Part shown: positions 54,682 to 64,000 of the stretch, piece after piece
Numbering within the stretch: position 1 is the first letter of the stretch
Layout of the letters: each line of letters starts with the position of its first letter
Source of the DNA: Octopus vulgaris
Lineage: Eukaryota
Reading direction: 5' to 3'
DNA: 64,000 nucleotides
Assembly (NCBI GenBank): GCA_951406725.2
Contig: OX597818.1
Coordinates: 40,610,001 to 40,674,000, forward strand
Program-made: the position numbers and the translations under genes
The notes under the pieces: model-generated
Database searches by the model: none
What the model saw: the letters and a program-made list of their open reading frames with translations, nothing else
What the model was told of the DNA's origin: nothing

Positions 54682-56105
54682 TGTATATGTGTGTATACAG
54701 AGGCACTTGCGTAAATATATATATATACTTGCAAATGCATACGAATACCTATCGCCACCAAAACGCATTCATGTATAACAAGACATATGTAGACATACAT
54801 ACTTCCAGAGAGAAGAGGTAATACGTGCACAATTCTTTCTCTACGTAGAAACACAAACATGCAGATCCCCATACACATACACACATACACACCCACACAT
54901 GCACATACACAAACATACACAAACAAACTCACACAAACACACAGGCACATGAATACACCCTCACACAAAACACATACACAGGCAGACCCAGAATAATGTA
55001 TTTTTAATATATTATTCGTTTTGTTGATGTCTGACAGAAGACGTAGGTATACGCGTTCGCCATTTTGGCCCCTTCTCCTCGAGTTATCAGATTGAAGAGC
55101 TCGAATACGCCAAGTGAAGGTTTTAGCACCGTTAGAAATAAATAGACAATTAATTCGCAGACACAAAGATTAATTTCTTTGCTGTAACTCTTTTAGCAGT
55201 TCCTTCGTGATCAAGCGTACAGATCGCATTCATTAAGCGAAGCTCGCTGATATTTCCCTGTAATCCCAAGGATTTTACAATTCAATAAGACCGAAATGAC
55301 ATGAATAAATTAGAAACACCGTTTCTTGACGTGGATAGGTGTGGGTGATTCACCAATGCTTGGATAGTGGTAGGCGGGAAAAACAGTGTAAGGTTTAGAA
55401 TGGTACAGTATGCTACGGTGTGTTATGTCTGGATTTATTATTTCTTTATTGCTATTTATTGTCAGGGGTTTCAGCTGTAGCTGTTTTGTTTTTCTGTCTT
55501 CAGCGTCAAGTGTGGGTGTTTTTATCTGTTTTGTTTGTAATATATAAATCAAACTTTGAGTATGCGTGTGGATTGTGGATGTATCTACGAAACTGCAATG
55601 CTTGCGTGGGTATATGTGCGTTAAGTGCACGAAAGGTAATAGAGAAGGACAAAAAAAATAAATTTGAATTTCCAGTAGTAACATGCACGTTATCATTTGT
55701 ACGCTACGTCACTCGTTACAAATGGACGATCGCTGACATGCTTCAGATACAATTGCCAGTCAAGAAAGAAAAACAAAATGGAACTTGTAATGAAAAATAA
55801 ACAAAAATATAAATATAAATGTAAATAGACAATAAAAAATCAAATCAAAGAATAAAAGTATAAAACTCGACCATAAACTCATGGTTTACACTCTTCGCGA
55901 CATTCGTGTTTCTCTTTTTACGACGTACAACAATCCGCTGTTCACTCTATCTCAAGCAGAACTATTCTCAGTAAAAAAATCTTTGTAAATTTTTTTCCCA
56001 CTGCATGGTGCCTTGGGCAAGTGCCTTTTACTGCTGTTAGTATTGGGCTAATCAATCAAAACCTTGTAAGTGGATTTGATTGCTGGAAACTGAAAGAAGC
56101 CTATC

Positions 56106-56168
<63 letters not shown>

Positions 56169-56351
56169 TGTATATACATACATATATGCGTACAAAACGT
56201 AAACAACATGTAATACGAAAATAAAGTTGGATAACGAACAACGATAGAAACAAATGGAAAAGAAGGTAAGTAACATAAAAAACGATCCTTCATCAGTTAT
56301 CGGCTGTTCTTCTACTCCGTATATATATATATATATACATATATTATACAT

Positions 56352-56581
56352 ATTAGAGGGAAACCACTATGTAGACACCCTTATGCTAGAAATAGATCCG
56401 CTCTGGTCTTACCACTAATAAATGTTCTCAAGAAAAATTTAGCTAAACAACCAAAACGTTATCGATCAAGACAAAAGAAAAAGCAATAAAAATATGGATT
56501 ATTGGCATACATGTTTCACTATTAACATATTACGTAATTTTATTTCCATAAATGTCCGTAGATCATGATCTACGGACATTT
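56352..56581 (-). mobile_element. Family S2 relative truncated inside its hammerhead core
   Basis: Shares GCGGATCTATTT.TAGC..CATAGTGGT with 40339-40385. Reads ATGA-TCTA...TAGT-GAAA-CATG-TA. Confidence 0.7.
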
Positions 56582-56972
56582 CCACCACCACCACCGCTTC
56601 ACATCCGATGTTCCTGTGTTTATGTCCCGGTAAGAGGCCAATAGAATATGTACAGAGATTGAAAAATAAGTAGTGGAGTCGATTTTTCGACTAAAATACC
56701 TTCAGGTGGTACTCCAGCATAGCTGAAATCCAGTGGCCGAAACAAGCAAAAGATAAAAGATATGGACGCATGTGCATGTTTTTATGTTTGCGTCACACCA
56801 CGTGACAAAAGATGATTGCGTCACACGACGTGACAAAACATCACTTGTCACGTGGTGCCATCGTAATTTAGCAGTTAAGCAAAGGAGATCATCGTGGTGT
56901 CATCGAAATTTGTGACGTGCTTGTCATCGTAATCTAGCAGTTAAGCAAAGGGGATCGATAGAATAAGTACCA

Positions 56973-57568
56973 ACGCGGCGAGCTGGCAGAAACGTTAGCA
57001 TGCCGGGTGAAATGCTTAGCGGCATTTCGTCTGCCGTTACGTTCTGAGTTCAAATTCCGCCGAGGTCGACTTTGCCTTTCATCCTTTCGGGGTCGATTAA
57101 ATAAGTACCAGTTACGCACTGGGGTCGATATAATCGACTTAATCCGTTTGTCTGTCCTTGTTTGTCCCCTCTGTGTTTAGCCCCTTGTGGGTAGTAAAGA
57201 AATAAGTATTTCGTCTGCCGCTACGTTCTGAGTTCAAATTCCGCCGAGGTCGATTTTGCCTTCCATCCTTTCAGGGTCAATTAAATAAGTACCAGTTACG
57301 CACTGGGGTCGATATACTCGACTTAATCCGTTTGTCTGTCCTTGTTTGTCCTCTCTGTGTTTAGCCCCTTGTGGGTAGTAAAGAAATAGGTATTTCGTCT
57401 GCCGTTACATTCTGAGTTCAAATTCCGCCGAGGTTGACTTTGCCTTTCATCCTTTCGGCGTCGATAAATTAAGTAGCAGTTACGCACTGGGGTCTATGTA
57501 ATCGACTTAATCTCTTTGTCTGACCTTCTTTCTTCCGTCTATGTTTGGCCCCTAGTGGACAATAAAGA
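56973..57568 (+). mobile_element. Family A trimer nested in a family B tail
   Basis: Units restart at 57022, 57206 and 57390 (184 bp). TSD AATAAGTACCA at 56962 and 57569. Confidence 0.9.
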
Positions 57569-58748
57569 AATAAGTACCAGTCTTTAAATCTACAAATACT
57601 GGAGTCGATTTGTTCGACAAAACCCATTAAAGCGGTGCCTCAGTGTGGGGCACTGAAACAAGTAAAAGAAATAAAGAATTTTTAAAAAAATATATGTTAG
57701 ATCAGTCCTCAGATTTACACTTCCATCTCATAAAATTTCATGGTTTCCTGAATAAAAACGCAAGGTCAAAAAATGACGGTCACCACGTGAGAACTAAGAA
57801 GCCGACAGTGTTATAAGCAACGCTATCGCTCCCAAACCCACCCTCCATCTTGTAAAACAAGTATGACGCTGGATAATGTTTGAAAAAGAGGAAGAAAAAT
57901 AAGCAGACGAGATAGTCATGGCTGGATTCATTTGAACATAGGTTGGTTCGATCAAAACGACAACAGCAGCAACGCTATCATTCTAAATCGAATCCATATA
58001 TAAAGCAAAATATTTTATTTGTAACTGTTTTAAAGAGTATGATTACTAAGCAAGAATAAAAATGATGAGATTGGCAGATAGATTCAATGATTTTTTTTCG
58101 TCTTGCCAAACGTGGTATCTTTACAGAAGCCTATGTTAGCATAACAAAACCATATTTTTGTTTTATTTACATTGACTCATGTATGGAGTTGTCATAGAAC
58201 TCAGACTTTCACACGCACACATTAATATCAAGCACAGGATTTTTTGATGCATAATAAACGATAGACACGGATTTCTATATAGACGATCATAATTAGATAT
58301 AACAAATCATCTATGCAAATAATTGTTTATTCACGCGCATGCGCAGATACAAACGCAGACACTCATACGAATCTATGCTCCTTACGTTATTGACTACGAA
58401 AATAGTTCTAGTTTTGTTTTTTTCTCATAACACTGCTGTTGAAACTGATTAAAAAAACGACAGAACTATGAACATTATATGTGAGTGTGTATATATGTGT
58501 ATGTATAATGTAATGTTAAATTTGATTAAACATCACAGTCTGACTGCATCTTCGTGCTATTTGCAAGTAATGGATCATAAGCCAATGAATTCGTTAGGTT
58601 GTTAAATTTGTAGAATGTCGTATCAAAATCAAAAGCGTTGCAGCAATAGAAAATACAAGATAAAATAAAATAAAAGATAAAATAAGAATAGACATAAATT
58701 GTTGTCTTAAATGTGTCATAGTACAAATAATTGGCGAAATGATGCAAT

Positions 58749-58813
<65 letters not shown>

Positions 58814-59155
58814 AAGGAAAACCAAAACAAACCAGAAACACTAAAACAACACTAGATGAGACCTTCTTGAATTCAGTAACAACGACTAAGGATTATTAGA
58901 TACAGAAGTATTGAACATGCATACATACATACATACATACACGCATACATACATACATACATACATACATACATACATACATACATACATACTTACATGC
59001 GTGTATACCCTGTTGTTGATGTTGAAATTCTAATGAAAGAGCCTTGCTCTAGGATAGAAACCAATTCTTTCTCTAATGGCAAGAAATCTTGAAATAAACT
59101 GAATAATGACATACATACATATCTGTATGAGTGTTTTTATGTATTATCTATCTAT

Positions 59156-59229
<74 letters not shown>

Positions 59230-59233
59230 GAGA

Positions 59234-59556
59234 CACCCTTCGGTCAAGAATGACCATGGGATTGCACCCAGAAAGTTACCCTCCGAGGTACAAGTCCAGG
59301 CAAGGTTGTTTTTATGGAAGACCAGCAGTCGCCCATGCATACCGGCCTCCCCTCTCCATGCTACCGATGTTATCCAAGGGAAAGGCAAAGGCTGATACAG
59401 CTTGACACCAGTGACGTCGCAACTCATATCTACAGCTGAGTTAACTTGAGCAACGTGAAATAAAGTGTCTTGCACAAGAACACAACACGCAGCCCGGTCC
59501 GGGAATCGAACTCACAACCTCACAATCGTAAACTCTAACCACTGAGCTATGCGTCT

Positions 59557-59562
<6 letters not shown>
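59234..59562 (-). mobile_element. CORE-type SINE (family C)
   Basis: Reverse complement of 7846-8160. Confidence 0.85.
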
Positions 59563-59596
<34 letters not shown>

Positions 59597-59829
59597 CGCC
59601 GAAGACGACGAATGGACATTCAGTTATTGTGGAATGACCTGCACAAATGAGTTGTTTACAGTGATCAAATGTTCGTGTTGCTCGTTAGCTCACTCTCTCT
59701 CTCTCCGTCAAATCGACGTTGTTCGAAAAGTTGCACAGAACAACGCACCATCAGGTCTAGGGATTGAAATCACAATCGCTGGATCGTGAGTAAAACACCC
59801 TAATCATTAAGCCATCCGCCGTCACAAGA

Positions 59830-59938
59830 ATGGATTGCACCTAGAAGATAACCCTCCGAAGCACAAGTCCGGGCAAAGGTTGTGTATGGAAGACCAGCAG
59901 TTGCCCATGTATACCAGCCTCCCCTCTCCACGCCACCA
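59830..59938 (-). mobile_element. Family C 3' fragment
   Basis: Matches 59258-59368. Confidence 0.75.
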
Positions 59939-59999
59939 ATGGAAAAATTATTGTGGACGCTTAAGGAGGTAGCTTATGAAAGACAGGTATTGTTTTATT

Positions 60000-60565
60000 C
60001 TCATTGTTCTGTCTTAAGCGTTCACAATAATTTTATCCATCGTCTCCGCTTAACGGCCCTCATCGTTTGATTTTACTGTTTTGTTCCCATTGTTCTGTCT
60101 TTCACTGTTTTTATTTTTTCCTTGTTTTTACTGTTTTGTTCTCACTGTCCTGTTCTTGTTACCACTTTTACCCTCCGCAAAAATTCCCACATTTTACTTA
60201 ATTTGCTTTGCGGGAAGGACTGTTTCAACGAAGTCACGTCTTGTCCTTAACTTCGAAACGCGGAGTAGAAGAAACAGGGACAACTCAAGAAGGGGATTAT
60301 TCCTTGTGTTGTATGTCTCATTTCTCTGGGTTTTTTTTCGTTGTTTGAAAAAAAGTTCGTTTCTATGTTTATATCTTTATGTTATCGTTTCTCATTGTGT
60401 TCAACGCCTTTTTGGTGTCCTGTACCCATGTATGCATGTATATATATACATATATGTTGTAGGTATGTACATATATGTATATATATATGCATATATTTAT
60501 ATATTATTTATATTATTATATGATCGAACGCCACGCATCCTTTTCCAAGTAAGTTTTATTTATAT
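60000..60565 (+). mobile_element. Repeat family S3 (PLE-like non-coding segment)
   Basis: Homologous to 30445-30840 and more distantly to 56195-56320. It ends at a microsatellite. Confidence 0.7.
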
Positions 60566-60612
60566 CTATCTATCTAGCTAGCTAGCTAGCTAGCTATACA
60601 CACACACACACG

Positions 60613-60661
<49 letters not shown>

Positions 60662-60706
60662 GCACGCACGTACGCACGCACACACACACACACGCACACA
60701 TACACA

Positions 60707-60791
<85 letters not shown>

Positions 60792-61380
60792 CCATGTTGC
60801 TTTATATTAAGTGTCTTTACTTTTTACTCTGCTAAGTGGAAAGTGTACCGCTATTTTCTAAACAATATCACTTTCGTATTCCATGTCACCATGGGAAATG
60901 TTCAAACATTTTCCACTCTACGCTCATTATGTATCAGATTCCATGTTTATATTTTATAATCACCCAAAATATATGCATCAAAATAACCATCGTAATTATT
61001 TGTGAGTATTCAGCTTCAAATTAATCATGGAATTCATGTAATTCTTCTTTTAGTATCAAGTACTGTCAGCGCTTCTTCTTGTCTATGTTTGCAATTTTAA
61101 ATATACATACACACGTGCGTATACACATGTTTATTTAGTTATGTATACATACATAATTCTATATACACATATACACATCACATACATCCAAACATTCAAA
61201 CATGCGTACACACCACTCACACATACGTAGATACATTCATATATAACTACACACATACATATACATATATATATACATATATATATATATATGTGTGTTT
61301 ATATATACATGAATACAAATATATAAATGTATATATATATATATATATATATATACATACATATATATATATACACATAC

Positions 61381-61454
<74 letters not shown>

Positions 61455-62198
61455 TGATATACGTATGCGTCTTCAATTATAAACTTCCCTTTATTCGTAC
61501 GTAACGTAAAATGAAGAACGAGATAAGATCTGGAAGAAGCCAAAATCACGAGAAATTGAAAGACGGAAGATTGACGAGCGATGTAGATAGAGAGAACGAG
61601 TGAAGTGAAGATAAAATGAAATTGAAGGTAATGAAGACGTAGAAAGAGTAGGAGTAGAGAACGAAAGAGAGAGAGAGGGAGAGAGAGAGTAGTGAGTAGT
61701 GCAAAGCAGAAGGTGACCAGAAAATGTATCGTAATCTGTGCATGGTTCTCGTCAACTGAAAGTAAACTGTTAGTTTTTCCCATCGATCATCAGAAGTTCT
61801 GCACAGCGTTTTCCTGCGATGTAGGTATCGAAATATTACCACCGGGTCAGGATCGAGGAAAGATCACCGACAAATTGAGTAAATATGGCGCTAACATATG
61901 TCCGAAAATATCCGATTGCTACCGACATATTTTCATTTGTTTTCTGGAGTGTTTCTCTTGTTATTTCGTTAGTGTTATGTGTGGTGTGTGCGTGAGCGTG
62001 TTTTTATTGAGACTGATTCCTTCTAAGTAGGTTGGTTTTAAATCATTGCAACGTTGTTTATCGGTGAATTGATTTAGGCTTGCAAATCAATGGACACGAA
62101 TATATACAGATAGATAGACAGGTACAAAGACAATAGGCGAACATTCTTAGCTGAAAAGGAAAAATAATACCTCTGCATACGTACACACACAGGCGTTC

Positions 62199-62236
<38 letters not shown>

Positions 62237-62252
62237 GTATATATATATATAT

Positions 62253-62589
62253 TAATTAGAGAAGAACCACCATGTAGCAATTCAACAATGATATACTTGA
62301 ATCATAACATATAGAAAAATAATTAAAGATACGATAAAACATTTACCTAGAACTAAATAAAGTACGAAATAATAAATAAATAGTATATAATAGTATTTAA
62401 TTTAGTTCTAGGTATATGTTTTATCATATCTTTAATTTCTTTTTTCTATATGGTATGATTCAAGTATTTCATTGTTGAATTACTACATGGTGGTTCTTCT
62501 CTAATTTATATACATATATTATATATTGTGAAATTTGATATATTATTAAATTGAATTTTTCCCTGTAAGCTTGGTATCATATTCCCTAA

Positions 62590-62590
<1 letters not shown>
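62253..62590. mobile_element. Fold-back element next to (TA)n, S2-like terminal motif
   Basis: 62254-62360 is the inverse of ~62400-62506. CATGGTGGTTCTTCTCTAAT resembles the S2 motif CATAGTGGTTTCCCTCTAAT. Confidence 0.65.
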
Positions 62591-62623
<33 letters not shown>

Positions 62624-62627
62624 TTTT

Positions 62628-62679
<52 letters not shown>

Positions 62680-63210
62680 GAATGTGTATGTACAGGTGGG
62701 AAAATACATACACATATGTGTGTGTGTGTATGTGTGTGTAAGAGTGGAGAGAGAGAGCACTGTAAAAAATGTTTAAGGCTACTGAGTTTTGTCACTCGCT
62801 TCAATTGTTTTCGCATAGCATTTGAATCGTCTTTGCTTTTGTTTCGTAATATTGGACTTAAAACTTTAGGTACGAGAGGAGTAATTTCGTAAAGCGGGAC
62901 TACTCGATTACATCGACCCCAGTACTCAACTGGTCCTTAGTTACTCGTCCCCGAAAGGAAGAAAGCTCTCTGCAGGAAGATATTGTAATATTAAAGCTTT
63001 TCCCCGTTTTAATTACTATAGTCGGCATGTTCTACGTTTCGAGTATTTATTAGTCTGTGTGCTGTGGTTCTCATTTCTGTCTACCTGTAATGTGTGTTTG
63101 TAATGTACAAAACGTTTACGTTTATAATATAGAGCTAATTATAATGTAACCACATTTTTGTATCTTTTACAGTTAACTCTTCATACATTAGAATAGGTAG
63201 ATAAATATAT

Positions 63211-63947
63211 TCTTTTCTACTCTAGGCACAAGGCCCGAAATTTTGGGGGAGAGGGCCAGTCGATTAGATCAACTCCAACACACAACTGGTACTTGATTTG
63301 TCGACCTCGAAAGGATGAAAGGCAAAGTCGACCTCGGTGGATGTAAAGACAGACGAAATACCTATTTCTTTACTACCCACAAGGGGCTAAACACAGAGAG
63401 AACAAACAAGGACAGAGGGATTAAGTTGATTACATCGACTCCAGTGCGTAACTGGTACTTATTTAATCGACCCCGAAAGGATGAAAGGCAAAGTCGACTT
63501 CGGCAGAATTTGAACTCAGAATGTAGCAGCATACGAAATACCTATTTCTTTACTACCCACAAGCGGCTAAACACAGAGAGGACAAACAAGGACAGACAAA
63601 CGGATTAAGTCGATTATATCGACCCCAATGCGTAACTGGTACTTATTTAATCGACCCCGAAAGGATGAAAGGTAAAGTCGACCTCGGCGGAATTTGAACT
63701 CAGAACGTAACGGCAGACGAAATACCTAATTCTTTACTACCCACAAGGGACTAAACACAGAAGGGACAAACAAGGACAGACAAACGGATTAAGACTCCAG
63801 TGCGTAACTGGTACTTATTTAATCGACCCCGAAAGGATGAAAGGCAATGTCGACCTCGGCGGAATTTGAACTCAGAACGTAGCGGCAGACGAAATATCGC
63901 TAAGCACTTCGCCCGACGTGCTAATGATTCTGCCAGCTCGCCGCCTT
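63211..63947 (-). mobile_element. Family A tetramer
   Basis: Three internal junctions. Approximate TSD TAGA(T/G)AAATATATT at 63198 and 63951. Confidence 0.9.
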
Positions 63948-64000
63948 CGATAGAGAAATATATTGAAACAAAATGTTTCGTATGTCCAAGAGCAGAGACG

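Noticed and set aside
55310-55800. Overlapping 128-aa and 126-aa ORFs, and a CTGAAGA..GAAA motif on the minus strand near 55465-55505
   Set aside because: No recognisable domain; the hammerhead-like motif lacks the UH site and stem I.
59022-59072. CTAATGA..GAAA-CCAA-TT hammerhead-like relic
   Set aside because: Core and stems are too degenerate to support from one copy.
60081-60581. 166-aa hydrophobic ORF
   Set aside because: Lies in T-rich repeat family S3; the homologue at 30.4-30.8 kb is rearranged, and the composition explains the apparent TM character.
61692-62030. 112-aa ORF in unique sequence as a possible host exon
   Set aside because: No motif, GTG start, and no convincing splice context; it cannot be excluded without RNA-seq.

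Overview
AT-rich eukaryotic DNA saturated with microsatellites. I found no intact host gene, and nearly all ORF-track entries are simple-repeat artefacts. The repeat content (tRNA-derived SINEs resembling octopus OR-type and CORE SINEs) points to intronic or intergenic DNA of an octopus or other cephalopod; this is an inference from recalled repeat families. Contents: more than 30 SINE copies from at least 4 families, decayed Tc1/mariner transposases, mariner/pogo MITEs, non-autonomous Helitrons, Hero/NeSL-like and RTE-like LINE relics, and two Penelope-like (Naiad-type) RT/GIY-YIG relics. The most interesting signal is a set of short non-coding elements next to (TA)n/(CA)n tracts. They have a partial-tandem and/or inverted-duplication architecture (units of about 355 and about 510 bp) and carry type I hammerhead ribozyme motifs. 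One motif is near-canonical at 40164-40240, one has a U3-A8 core variant, and paired stems show compensatory changes between copies. These look like a diverse population of Penelope-mobilised, retrozyme-like elements. All alignments and folds were done by eye.
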